A stretch of DNA of 48,582 nt from positions 1 to 48,582 of the forward strand of contig CAKOWP010000003.1 of NCBI GenBank assembly GCA_934122385.1. The letters run 5' to 3'. Of this stretch, positions 36,422 to 45,000 are shown piece after piece. The translations under genes and the position numbers were made by a program. The notes under the pieces were generated by a model, which did not search any database, was not told the DNA's origin, and saw nothing but the letters and a program-made list of their open reading frames with translations. The DNA is from an uncultured Clostridia bacterium. GTDB lineage: Bacteria; Bacillota; Clostridia; TANB77; CAG-508. Position 1 is the stretch's first letter, and each line of letters begins with the position of its first letter.

Positions 36422-37168
36422 ATGTCAATATTAACACTAGAAACAAAAAAATATTCAATAAAAATAGATAATTTTGAAGGACCATTAGACTTATTATGCT
36501 ATCTAATAGACAAAAATAAAATGAACATTTATGATGTAAATTTAACAGAAATAACAAATCAATATATAGAATATTTAAATGCAATGGAAGAAATGAATTT
36601 AGAAATTGCAAGTGAATTTATAGTTATGGCATCAACATTGTTATATTTAAAATCTAAAAACTTGTTACCAAAACAAGAAGAGGAAGAAGAGGAAATAACA
36701 GAAGAAGAACTTATTAGAAGAATAATTGAGTACAAAAAATTCAAAGAAATAAGCAAAGTTCTTAAGGAAAATTATATTATATTTGCAAATAGATTTTATA
36801 AAGGACAAGAAGAAATAAAATTGCCAAAGCAAAAGTTGGAAAAAGATTATGGTCCCGAAAAAATACCAGATGTATATAAACAATTGGTAGAACGAAATAG
36901 TGTTAAAATAAATCAAAATGCTAAAAATATTGAAAAAATTGCATTAGTCGATAAATATACTGTTGCTGATAAAGTAAAAGAAATGTATAAAGTTTTAGCT
37001 AAACAAAAGAGATTTGTGTTTAATAAGTTATTTCCAATAAAAAAACGTGAAAAACAAGAAGTTGTAACAGCTTTTAGTGGTTTGCTTGAGTTATCTAGAA
37101 GAAACAAAGTAGAAACAAGTCAGGAAGAAATTTTTGGAGATATAACGGTTGAAGAAAAGAAAAAATGA
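36422..37168 (+). CDS. scpA: Segregation and condensation protein A (kleisin)
   Basis: YSIKIDNFEGPLDLLCYLIDKNKMNIYDVNLTEITNQYIEYL is the conserved ScpA N-terminus. ATG 36422 follows AAGGAG; the track start is 36347. Confidence 0.85.
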   Translation: MSILTLETKKYSIKIDNFEGPLDLLCYLIDKNKMNIYDVNLTEITNQYIEYLNAMEEMNLEIASEFIVMASTLLYLKSKNLLPKQEEEEEEITEEELIRRIIEYKKFKEISKVLKENYIIFANRFYKGQEEIKLPKQKLEKDYGPEKIPDVYKQLVERNSVKINQNAKNIEKIALVDKYTVADKVKEMYKVLAKQKRFVFNKLFPIKKREKQEVVTAFSGLLELSRRNKVETSQEEIFGDITVEEKKK

Positions 37169-37213
37169 GAATAAGATTATTGTGGGAAGATATAGTTGGA
37201 TTTGGAGAAAAAA

Positions 37214-37765
37214 ATGAAGAAAATTACATTTAATTATAAAGAAAATATTGAATATCAAAAAGTAAAAGATAAGGTTAGAGCCGTTATTTTAAATAAAGAT
37301 GGAAGAGCGCTTTTAGTAAAATATGCTGGTTTATATATGTTGCCTGGTGGAAAAATAGATGAAAATGAGACAGAAAAGGAAGCATTAAGAAGAGAAATAT
37401 TAGAAGAATCAGGAATAGATATATTTTTGGATACTGATATAGAAGATGCAGAACCATTTTTGGAAATCAAAACATATAATCAAAAATATTATGATAGAAA
37501 AGCTGATAAGAAAATAAATAGAGTAAGGAAAACATCTTTTTACGCATTGGAAACGAATCAAGAAATAAAAATTGAAAATCAAAAATTGTCAGAGAGTGAA
37601 AGAAAGAATAAACATTCTATTGAATTTGAGAATTTATCTGTAATAGAATATAGGGTTCAAAATAATCAAACAGATAATTTTAGAAAAGAAATATTTGATA
37701 GAGAAATTTTAACAGCATTAAAAGAATATTGTAATTACAAAGAGTCCAAAGAAAAACAAAGGTAA
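37214..37765 (+). CDS. Nudix hydrolase
   Basis: Nudix box GGKIDENETEKEALRREILEESGI (Gx5Ex7REUxEExGU). ATG 37214 follows GGAG; the track start is TTG 37196. Confidence 0.8.
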   Translation: MKKITFNYKENIEYQKVKDKVRAVILNKDGRALLVKYAGLYMLPGGKIDENETEKEALRREILEESGIDIFLDTDIEDAEPFLEIKTYNQKYYDRKADKKINRVRKTSFYALETNQEIKIENQKLSESERKNKHSIEFENLSVIEYRVQNNQTDNFRKEIFDREILTALKEYCNYKESKEKQR

Positions 37766-37840
37766 TAAATTTGAATATAAAAGTTTAAATAAATTAAAAA
37801 AGGAAAAACTAATAATATTACTTAAAAAGAGGGTGATATA

Positions 37841-38473
37841 TTGGTTTTTCTTTTTATAATTTTAATGATAATAATTATGTTTATAACAATAAAAATAAAA
37901 TTTGAAATACAAAATCTAAAAATATCAACAAATGAAAAACCACATTTAAATAAAAAATATCAAATAAAAATAGTAATATATACATTAGGATTTATACCAA
38001 TTTTAAAAATAAAATTAAATAACAAAAAAATAAAGAAAATAATAAATAATCAAAGAATTAAAGAAAAAATAAAACAACAAGAAACTAAAATAATAGAAAA
38101 CAAAGCAAATATTGATAAGGAATTAATAACATCACTAAAAAATATAAAAACAGAAATAAAAGAAATAAATTTAAAAATAAGAATAGGAACAGAAAACGCA
38201 TCATTAACAGCATTTACAATACCCGTTATAAGTACCTTTATAGCAATGTTTTTAAGCAAACAAATAAAAAAATACAATGACAAACAAGTATTTTTAGTAG
38301 AGCCTGTATATCTTGATAAAAATTTATTAAATATAGAAATTTCAAGTATATTTCAAATAAAAATGATACATATTATAAATACAATATGTATCGTAAATAA
38401 GAAAAGGAAAGGTGATAAAAATGAGCGAACATCCAATAGAAGGTCTTATGACTACGGCTATGAACAGTATTAA
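37841..38473 (+). CDS. ytfI: Sporulation membrane protein YtfI-like (DUF2953-like)
   Basis: TTG start after GAGGGTGA. N-terminal TM helix, Lys/Ile-rich body. Lies directly upstream of, and overlaps, a ytfJ/gerW homolog as in other spore formers. The call rests mostly on context. Confidence 0.45.
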   Translation: MVFLFIILMIIIMFITIKIKFEIQNLKISTNEKPHLNKKYQIKIVIYTLGFIPILKIKLNNKKIKKIINNQRIKEKIKQQETKIIENKANIDKELITSLKNIKTEIKEINLKIRIGTENASLTAFTIPVISTFIAMFLSKQIKKYNDKQVFLVEPVYLDKNLLNIEISSIFQIKMIHIINTICIVNKKRKGDKNERTSNRRSYDYGYEQY

Positions 38474-38972
38474 AGATATGATAGATGTAAATACAATAAT
38501 TGGCGAACCTATAGAAACATCAAATAATATAGCAATAATACCAATATCAAAAGTATCTTTTGGATTTGCTGCAGGTGGTAGTGAATTTAAAGGTGAGACA
38601 ATTGATGAATATAAAAAAGTAGAGAAGGAAGAGCAAATACAATATAGATTACCATTTGGAGGTGGTTCTGGTGCAGGAGTTACAATTAACCCAGTTGCAT
38701 TTTTGGTAATTCAAGAAAATAATATAAAACTTATGCCAGTATGCCATTCTTCTAGTCTAGATAGGCTTTTAGATTATGTTCCAGATTTAATGGAAAAGAC
38801 AAACAATATGATGAATAGAATTGTTAGTAATAAAAAAGAAGAAACAGAAAAAATTCTTAAGGAAATGAAAAAAAGAAATACTAACAATATTAATAATGTT
38901 AAAGAAGAAGTAGAAGAAATAAAAAGTGAAGTTAATAATATTAATTCAGAAAATAATAATCAGGATGACTAA
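38421..38972 (+). CDS. ytfJ: Sporulation protein YtfJ (GerW family) with Asn/Glu-rich C-terminal extension
   Basis: HPIEGLMTTAMNSIKDMIDVNTIIGEPIE...IIPISKVSFGFAAGGSEF...PFGGGSGAGVTINPVAFLVI is the GerW/YtfJ signature. ATG 38421 follows AAAGGTGA. Confidence 0.8.
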   Translation: MSEHPIEGLMTTAMNSIKDMIDVNTIIGEPIETSNNIAIIPISKVSFGFAAGGSEFKGETIDEYKKVEKEEQIQYRLPFGGGSGAGVTINPVAFLVIQENNIKLMPVCHSSSLDRLLDYVPDLMEKTNNMMNRIVSNKKEETEKILKEMKKRNTNNINNVKEEVEEIKSEVNNINSENNNQDD

Positions 38973-38986
38973 TAAAATATGTAAAA

Positions 38987-39048
38987 AATGTCTCTTTTGG
39001 AACCGATGTCTCAAACAGAACCGTCCCGAAAGAGACATTCTTTTTTTT
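38987..39048 (-). repeat. Short GGGAC hairpin repeat, copy r3 (inverted), doubling as the ytfJ terminator
   Basis: The plus strand reads AATGTCTCTTT-TGGAACCGATGTCTCAAACAGAACCGTCCCG-AAAGAGACATT followed by CT8. The reverse complement shares 33 identical nt with r2. Confidence 0.8.
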
Positions 39049-39073
39049 GTCGAAAACTTCTATAAAATCGACA
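39048..39073 (+). promoter_or_regulatory. Two candidate Spo0A boxes upstream of spoIIAA
   Basis: TGTCGAA at 39048-39054 is a perfect 0A box. ATCGACA at 39067-39073 is the reverse complement TGTCGAT (6/7). Both sit within a direct repeat CGA(C)AAAACTTCTAT, about 100 nt upstream of the spoIIAA start. Confidence 0.5.
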
Positions 39074-39165
39074 AAACTTCTATTTTTTTGCTATTGGAAA
39101 AAACTGGAAAAAGTTTTATAATACATACATAAAAACAAAAGAAAACTAAAAAGGAGAGGACAAGT

Positions 39166-39477
39166 ATGGAATCAAAATTTTATGAAGACAAAAAAATGTT
39201 AGTTTTTAAAATTACAGACGAAATTGATGACTGTAGTGTACAAAAGATAAGGAGGAGAGCTGATTATGAAATTGAAAGATATATGCCTAGAAAAGTTGTA
39301 TTTGATTTTGATAGTGTTACTTTCATGGATAGTGCAGGAATAGGGTTAATAATAGGAAGATACAAATTTGCAAATATGCTTGGAGGAAAATTAGAAGTCG
39401 CAAATTTAACTCAAAGTGTTAGAAAAATATTTGAAATGAGTGGAATTCTAAAATTAATTCCAGTAACTGAATTATAA
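39166..39477 (+). CDS. spoIIAA: Anti-sigma-F factor antagonist SpoIIAA (STAS domain)
   Basis: 103-aa STAS protein with the phosphorylatable-serine motif FMDSAGIGLIIGRYK. First gene of the spoIIAA-AB-sigF operon. Confidence 0.9.
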   Translation: MESKFYEDKKMLVFKITDEIDDCSVQKIRRRADYEIERYMPRKVVFDFDSVTFMDSAGIGLIIGRYKFANMLGGKLEVANLTQSVRKIFEMSGILKLIPVTEL

Positions 39478-39489
39478 TTTTTATATATT

Positions 39490-39511
39490 ATAAAAGTTAT
39501 GTAACTTTTAT
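39490..39511. repeat. 9-bp hairpin in the spoIIAA-spoIIAB spacer
   Basis: ATAAAAGTT-ATGT-AACTTTTAT. The apex is related to the hairpin at 31881-31918. Confidence 0.55.
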
Positions 39512-39543
39512 GACATAAATACATTGAAAGGAAAATATAGATT

Positions 39544-40023
39544 ATGAAAGAACAAGTTGAAAATGAAATGAAATTAGAATTTTTAAATAAAGGAGCAAAT
39601 GAAGCATTTGCAAGAATAACAGTTGCGGCATTTGCATCACAACTAGACCCGACTATTGAAGAATTAGCAGACATAAAAACAGCTGTATCGGAAGCGGTTA
39701 CTAATTGTATAATTCATGCGTACGAAAACAGACAAGGAATAATAAAAATAAATGCACAATTAAAGGGCGATGAAATAATAATTCAAATTTCAGACAATGG
39801 TAAAGGAATAGAAAATGTAGATGTAGCAAAAGAACCATTATACACAACAAAGCCAAATTTAGAAAGGTCAGGAATGGGATTCACAATAATGGAAAGCTTT
39901 ATGGACACTATGAAAGTTGAATCAATTGTTGGATTAGGTACAAAAGTCACATTAACAAAAACAATAAAAAAACAAGATGAGGAAATTGATGAAAGTCAGT
40001 TAACAGCTATAACAAAAGAATAA
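39544..40023 (+). CDS. spoIIAB: Anti-sigma-F factor / serine kinase SpoIIAB
   Basis: GHKL ATPase motifs [11 protein letters not shown] (N box), DNGKGI (G1) and [10 protein letters not shown] (G2). Confidence 0.9.
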   Translation: MKEQVENEMKLEFLNKGANEAFARITVAAFASQLDPTIEELADIKTAVSEAVTNCIIHAYENRQGIIKINAQLKGDEIIIQISDNGKGIENVDVAKEPLYTTKPNLERSGMGFTIMESFMDTMKVESIVGLGTKVTLTKTIKKQDEEIDESQLTAITKE

Positions 40024-40042
40024 AATAGAGGTAAGTGTACAT

Positions 40043-40771
40043 ATGTATGAAAATAATATAAATTCAATAAAAAGAGCCCAAGAAGGTGACAAGTTTGAAA
40101 TGGACAGACTTATTAGAGAAAATAATGGGCTCATTTGGAGTATAGTAAAAAGATTTATGAACAGAGGATATGAAGTAGAAGATTTATATCAAATTGGATG
40201 TATAGGATTTATCAAATCAATAAAAAGATTTGATACAAATTTTGAAGTAAAGCTATCAACATATTCAGTACCATACATATTAGGAGAAATAAAAAGATTT
40301 ATAAGAGATGACGGACCTATTAAAGTTAGTAGAAGTATAAAAGAATTGAACACAAAAATAAATGAATTAAAAAGGCATTATTTATTAAATGGAAAAGAAA
40401 TTACTTTAGAACAAATTTGTAAGGAATTAAAGATACAAAAAGAAGATGCTATAATTGCAATGGAATCAACAAATGCAGTTGAATCAATGGATGCAGCAGC
40501 AAATGCTGAAAATAAAGATGGCAAACAAATGACGGTGTTTGATAAAATATCAACAGGAAAAAATGAAGAAGAAATGATTACAAATAGAATGGTTATAAAT
40601 CAATTGATAAATGAATTGCAGGATAGAGATAAAGAAATTATTTTGCTAAGATTTTTTAAAGAAAAAACTCAGACTGAGGTTGCAAAAATTCTTGGGATTA
40701 GTCAGGTGCAAGTTTCTAGAATTGAAAGAAAAGTGTTGAATGAAATGAAATCAAAATTGACATCTGCATAA
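40043..40771 (+). CDS. sigF: RNA polymerase sporulation sigma factor F
   Basis: Sigma-70 regions 2-4 (DLYQIGCIGFIKSIKRFD, YSVPYILGEIKRFIRDD, TQTEVAKILGISQVQVSRIERK). Follows spoIIAB. Confidence 0.9.
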   Translation: MYENNINSIKRAQEGDKFEMDRLIRENNGLIWSIVKRFMNRGYEVEDLYQIGCIGFIKSIKRFDTNFEVKLSTYSVPYILGEIKRFIRDDGPIKVSRSIKELNTKINELKRHYLLNGKEITLEQICKELKIQKEDAIIAMESTNAVESMDAAANAENKDGKQMTVFDKISTGKNEEEMITNRMVINQLINELQDRDKEIILLRFFKEKTQTEVAKILGISQVQVSRIERKVLNEMKSKLTSA

Positions 40772-40792
40772 ATTAAAAATGGAGTGATTATA

Positions 40793-41836
40793 TTGAAAAA
40801 AATTTTAATCTATTTGTTATCATTTATATTAATAATTTTTATAATTCCTGCACTTTTAACCAAACGAACAACATCAACAAGTTCAAAACAAGAAACAGAA
40901 AATCAATTACAGGTTAATAATCAAGAAGAACAGACAACTGAAAATCCAACAGAAACAAGTAATAAAAATACATATAATTATAACAAATATGGAACAATAT
41001 CATTACTACATAAAAAAACTGGAGAAGTTGAACAAGTGAATTTGGACGACTATTTGTGTAATGTTGTATCTGCAGAAATGCCAGCAACATTTGAACTAGA
41101 GGCATTAAAGGCTCAAGCCATAGTTGCAAGAACATATACAATTTATAAAATATTAAATAAAAAACATGATAACGCAGATATATGTGATGACTCAACATGT
41201 TGCCAAGCATGGATTTCAAAAGAAGACAGGTTTGCAAGATGGGAAGAAAACCAAAGAGAAAGTAATTGGCAAAAAATATGCAATGCAGTAAATGATACAT
41301 CAGGAAAAATTATTACATATGAAAATAAACCAATTGATGCATTTTTTCATTCAAATAGTGGTGGAATAACAGAAGTCCCTGTAAATGTATGGGGAGGCAC
41401 AGGATATCCATATTTACAAAGTGTTGAAACATCAGGAGAAGATGCATATACTCAATATTCTTCTGAAGTTGTATTATCACAAGAAGATTTGCTAAATAAG
41501 TTAAAGGAAAAATATGCGGATATTTCAATAGATTTTGCAAATAGTGAAGATATTAAAATTTTAGAATATACAGAAAGTACAAGAGTGAAAACAGTAAAGT
41601 TTGGAAATCACGAGATTTCTGGTGTTGAGGCAAGGACATTATTTGGATTGAAATCTACAAATTTTGATATAACGAGAGATGGTGATAATATTAAATTTTC
41701 TGTTAAAGGTTACGGACATGGTGTTGGAATGAGTCAAACTGGTGCTGATAGTATGGCAAAACAGGGAAGTAGTGCTGAGGATATTATTAAGCATTTTTAT
41801 ACTGGAGTTGTAATTACTGAAGTTAATAAATTGTAG
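40793..41836 (+). CDS. spoIID: Stage II sporulation protein D (lytic transglycosylase)
   Basis: N-terminal TM helix. SpoIID/LytB domain blocks YLCNVVSAEMPATFELEALKAQAIVARTY, FFHSNSGGITE and GHGVGMSQTGA. TTG 40793 lies 8 nt after GGAG; the track start is 40784. Confidence 0.85.
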   Translation: MKKILIYLLSFILIIFIIPALLTKRTTSTSSKQETENQLQVNNQEEQTTENPTETSNKNTYNYNKYGTISLLHKKTGEVEQVNLDDYLCNVVSAEMPATFELEALKAQAIVARTYTIYKILNKKHDNADICDDSTCCQAWISKEDRFARWEENQRESNWQKICNAVNDTSGKIITYENKPIDAFFHSNSGGITEVPVNVWGGTGYPYLQSVETSGEDAYTQYSSEVVLSQEDLLNKLKEKYADISIDFANSEDIKILEYTESTRVKTVKFGNHEISGVEARTLFGLKSTNFDITRDGDNIKFSVKGYGHGVGMSQTGADSMAKQGSSAEDIIKHFYTGVVITEVNKL

Positions 41837-41852
41837 GTAATATGTTATTGAT

Positions 41853-41932
41853 GGTGTAATAGTGTTCCTTGCTCCAATCACATTCAAAACTTATAACATC
41901 ATAGAACCTTTCTTAAGGAACACCATTACACT
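41853..41932 (+). repeat. Foldback-family fragment, copy G
   Basis: An 18-nt inverted repeat GGTGTAATAGTGTTCCTT / AAGGAACACCATTACACT (16/18) encloses GCTCCAATCACATTCAAAACTTATAACATCATA, homologous to GCTCCAATCACATTCGAAAAGTTTAAAATCATA of copy B. Confidence 0.65.
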
Positions 41933-42027
41933 ATAAAAATATTAATGCACAAAAGCAGAATTATAATGTATATTTTTATAAAATCCGGAAATAATTGTAA
42001 TATAAACAAATATTTAAGGAGGATTTT

Positions 42028-42861
42028 ATGAGAAGAAATATTAGAAAAAATAACAAAGATGAAATGAGTATGAGAATAATAAAGTATTCTACAATAGCTG
42101 TTGCAATACTTACAGTAATAGTATTTGTAGTATTAATTTACAGTAAAAAATTAAATGACACTGTAAAAGAAGGAACTTTAACAGGAGAACAATTATCAAG
42201 TATATTAAATAACACATCAAATCAAACAGAAAATACAGAAAGCGCAAGTTCAGAAATTGGAAAAAGTGTAAATGAGATGGCTAATGAATTAAATGCAAAT
42301 AATGCAGTAACAAATAGTTCAAATTCAAATGCAAATGCAACTACTAATAAAAGTACAAAATCAAATAATGTTTTATCAACAAATCAAATAAATAGTAACA
42401 AAATGACTGAATCAAATAGTAAAACAGAAGAAAAGGCTGAAACTAAAAATGTTGAACTAAATTTTGCAAAACCTGTTGAGGGAGATATTGTAAGAGATTT
42501 TGCTGTTGATAGTTTGGTATATTCAGATACTTTACAAGAATGGACAACACATACAGGAATTGATATAAAAGCAGATAAAACAACAGTTGTAAAATCAGCA
42601 GAAGCGGGAATTGTTAAAACTATAAAAAATGACCCCAGATATGGTTTAACAGTAATTGTAGAACATGAGAATGGATTTCAAACAGTATATTCAAATTTGT
42701 TGACATCAGAATTTGTTGTTGAAGGAGAAAAAGTAGAAAAGGGTCAATCACTTGGAACAGTTGGAAATACAGCAGCTTTTGAAATTGCAGATGAACCACA
42801 TCTTCATTTTGAAGTTTTAAAAGATTCAGTTCAAGTTGATCCAAATATATATTTAAAATAG
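42028..42861 (+). CDS. spoIIQ: Membrane-anchored M23 peptidase, SpoIIQ-like
   Basis: N-terminal TM helix, Asn/Ser-rich linker, and an LytM domain with intact HTGIDIKA and EPHLHFEV. Adjacent to spoIID as in some Clostridia. The symbol is inferred from context. Confidence 0.5.
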   Translation: MRRNIRKNNKDEMSMRIIKYSTIAVAILTVIVFVVLIYSKKLNDTVKEGTLTGEQLSSILNNTSNQTENTESASSEIGKSVNEMANELNANNAVTNSSNSNANATTNKSTKSNNVLSTNQINSNKMTESNSKTEEKAETKNVELNFAKPVEGDIVRDFAVDSLVYSDTLQEWTTHTGIDIKADKTTVVKSAEAGIVKTIKNDPRYGLTVIVEHENGFQTVYSNLLTSEFVVEGEKVEKGQSLGTVGNTAAFEIADEPHLHFEVLKDSVQVDPNIYLK

Positions 42862-43092
42862 TTACAGTTCAGTAGGAAAATACCTGAAATACCTGTGAAT
42901 GATATTTTTCATATTTTCTCAGCTTCCCGACATACGTTAACAAATTCTAATGTAAATACTCTAACAATACCCGAAGGCAGGAACCTTTAGAGCATTTACT
43001 TAAGAATTTGTAATACTATTTTGGTCACATTCGAAATATATTCAAAATATCATTCACAGGTATTTCAGGGATTTTTCCTACTGAACTGTAAC
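42861..43092 (+). mobile_element. Short foldback element, copy E (MITE-like)
   Basis: 232 bp. Termini are GTTACAGTTCAGTAGGAAAA... and ...TTTTTCCTACTGAACTGTAAC. Flanked by TTAAAATA (42853-42860) and TTAAAAAA (43093-43100). The first base is the G of the upstream TAG stop codon. Close homolog of copy F (few differences by eye). Confidence 0.85.
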
Positions 43093-43096
43093 TTAA

Positions 43097-43133
43097 AAAA
43101 GTACCTATTATAAAAATAATAGGTACTTTTCTT
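43097..43133 (+). terminator. Intrinsic terminator, displaced from the SpoIIQ-like gene by element E
   Basis: Perfect 12-bp core stem AGTACCTATTAT/ATAATAGGTACT (the full stem AAAAGTACCTATTAT/ATAATAGGTACTTTT spans 43097-43111 and 43116-43130) with a 4-nt loop AAAA, followed by TTTTCTTGATTTTTT. Confidence 0.7.
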
Positions 43134-43160
43134 GATTTTTTCTCTTTTTTGAAGTATAAT
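43132..43160 (+). promoter_or_regulatory. Candidate sigma-A promoter of the AlaRS-like gene
   Basis: TTGATT (43132-43137), a 17-nt spacer, then TATAAT (43155-43160). The ~75-nt leader is too short for a T-box. Confidence 0.45.
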
Positions 43161-43236
43161 TTAAAACATAAAAAATAACAATTTAGAAAAAATTATAGAA
43201 GAATTATCTAAATTATAAGAAAGAGGGAAAAAATAA

Positions 43237-45000
43237 ATGAAGGCAATAGAGATAAGAAATAAATATCTAAACTTTTTTAAAGAACATGGACACGCTGTAA
43301 TACCATCAGCATCATTAATACCAGAAAATGACCCATCAGTACTATTCACAACAGCAGGAATGCAACCATTAGTACCATATTTATTAGGGGAAAAACATCC
43401 ATCAGGAACAAGACTTACAGACTACCAAAAATGTCTAAGAACAAATGACATAGAAGAGGTAGGAGACAACAGACACTTAACATATTTCGAAATGTTAGGA
43501 AACTGGTCATTAGGAGACTATTTCAAAGAAGAATCAATTCAAATGAGTTTTGATTTCTTAACAAAAGAATTACAAATTCCAGTAGAAAAATTATCTGTAA
43601 CAGTATTTGCAGGGGATGACGATTGCCCAAGGGACGAATTAGCAGCAGAATGCTGGAAAAAAGCAGGAATTTTAGATGGACATATTTATTATTATGGAAA
43701 AGACGACAACTGGTGGATAGCAGGAGAAGAAGGCCCATGTGGACCAGATACAGAAATGTTCTATGACACAGGAAAACCAGCATGTGGACCAGACTGTCAA
43801 CCTTCATGTGACTGTGGTAAATATGTTGAAATATGGAACAATGTATTTATGGAATATTTCAAAAGCAAAGATGGAAAATATTCAAAATTAGCTCAAAGAA
43901 ATGTTGATACAGGACTTGGACTAGAAAGAATGACAATGTTATTACAAGGAAAAGAAACACCATTTGATACAGAATTATTCAAACCAGTAATGGACAAACT
44001 ATCAGAATTACAAAAAGTTGATAACATAGAAAGTAGAAGAATCATAGCAGAACACTTACGTTCAAGTATGATGGTAATTAGTGATGGTGGAAGACCAAGC
44101 AATGTTGATAGAGGATATATTTTAAGAAGATTAATTCGTAGAATGGTAAGGCATATGAATAAACTACAAATAAATCTTGATGAAATATCAACATTAATAG
44201 ATATCAATGTTGAAAACTTAAAAGAAATGTATCCAGACTTAGTAAAAAATCAAGAATTGATAAAAAATGTAATAATTGAAGAAAAAAATAAATTTGTAAA
44301 AACACTTGCACATGGTGAAAAAGAATTTGAAAAAGAAATGAATAAAGCTAAAGAACAAGGCAAAACTAAAATAGATGGAAAAGTAGTATTTAAATTATAT
44401 GATACATATGGATTCCCACCAGAAGTTACAAGTGAATTAGCAAAAGAAAACAATATGACTGTTGATATGAAAGAATTTGATGAACTATTTAAAGCACATC
44501 AAGAAAAATCAAGAATGGGTTCAGAACAAAAATTTAAAGGTGGACTAGCAGAACAAAATGACACAACAATCGCATATCATACTGCAACACATTTATTAAA
44601 TGCAGCACTTAAAGTAGTTTTAGGACCAGAAACACATCAAAGAGGTTCAAACATTACAGTAGACAGAATGAGATTTGACTTCAACTGTGACCACAAAATG
44701 ACAGACGAAGAAAAGAAACAAACAGAAGATTTAGTAAATAAATGGATTCAAGATGCAATACCAGTAACAGTAGAAGAAATGAAAAAAGAGGAAGCGGTTA
44801 AATCAGGAGCAGAATGTATGTTTATTGAAAAATATCCTGAAGTTGTAACTGTTTATACAATAGGAGATGTTTCAAAAGAACTATGTGGTGGACCTCATGT
44901 AAAAAATACAAGTGAACTTGGAAAATTTAAAATCAAAAAAGAAGAAGCAAGTTCAGCCGGAGTTAGAAGAATAAAAGCAATTTTGGAAAAAGGGATTTAG
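43237..45000 (+). CDS. alaS: Alanine--tRNA ligase-like protein, short form (587 aa; no beta-barrel subdomain, no C-Ala domain)
   Basis: Class IIc catalytic blocks FTTAGMQP, FEMLGNWSLGDYFK, GPCGPDTEMFYD, VEIWNNVFMEY and DTGLGLERM. tRNA-recognition block PSNVDRGYILRRLIRR. Editing-core HTATH...CGGPH. Ends right after GVRRIKAIL. Confidence 0.75.
   Translation: MKAIEIRNKYLNFFKEHGHAVIPSASLIPENDPSVLFTTAGMQPLVPYLLGEKHPSGTRLTDYQKCLRTNDIEEVGDNRHLTYFEMLGNWSLGDYFKEESIQMSFDFLTKELQIPVEKLSVTVFAGDDDCPRDELAAECWKKAGILDGHIYYYGKDDNWWIAGEEGPCGPDTEMFYDTGKPACGPDCQPSCDCGKYVEIWNNVFMEYFKSKDGKYSKLAQRNVDTGLGLERMTMLLQGKETPFDTELFKPVMDKLSELQKVDNIESRRIIAEHLRSSMMVISDGGRPSNVDRGYILRRLIRRMVRHMNKLQINLDEISTLIDINVENLKEMYPDLVKNQELIKNVIIEEKNKFVKTLAHGEKEFEKEMNKAKEQGKTKIDGKVVFKLYDTYGFPPEVTSELAKENNMTVDMKEFDELFKAHQEKSRMGSEQKFKGGLAEQNDTTIAYHTATHLLNAALKVVLGPETHQRGSNITVDRMRFDFNCDHKMTDEEKKQTEDLVNKWIQDAIPVTVEEMKKEEAVKSGAECMFIEKYPEVVTVYTIGDVSKELCGGPHVKNTSELGKFKIKKEEASSAGVRRIKAILEKGI

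Noticed and set aside
38926-39132. 68-aa plus-strand ORF spanning the ytfJ 3' end, repeat r3 and the spoIIAA upstream region
   Set aside because: It overlaps the ytfJ tail out of frame and runs through a hairpin terminator and the Spo0A-box region. This is most likely not coding.
43101-43236. T-box leader upstream of the AlaRS-like gene
   Set aside because: Only ~75 nt lie between the predicted -10 and the start codon. There is no specifier-loop/T-box (AANNNGGGTGGTACCGCG-like) sequence and no terminator/antiterminator pair.
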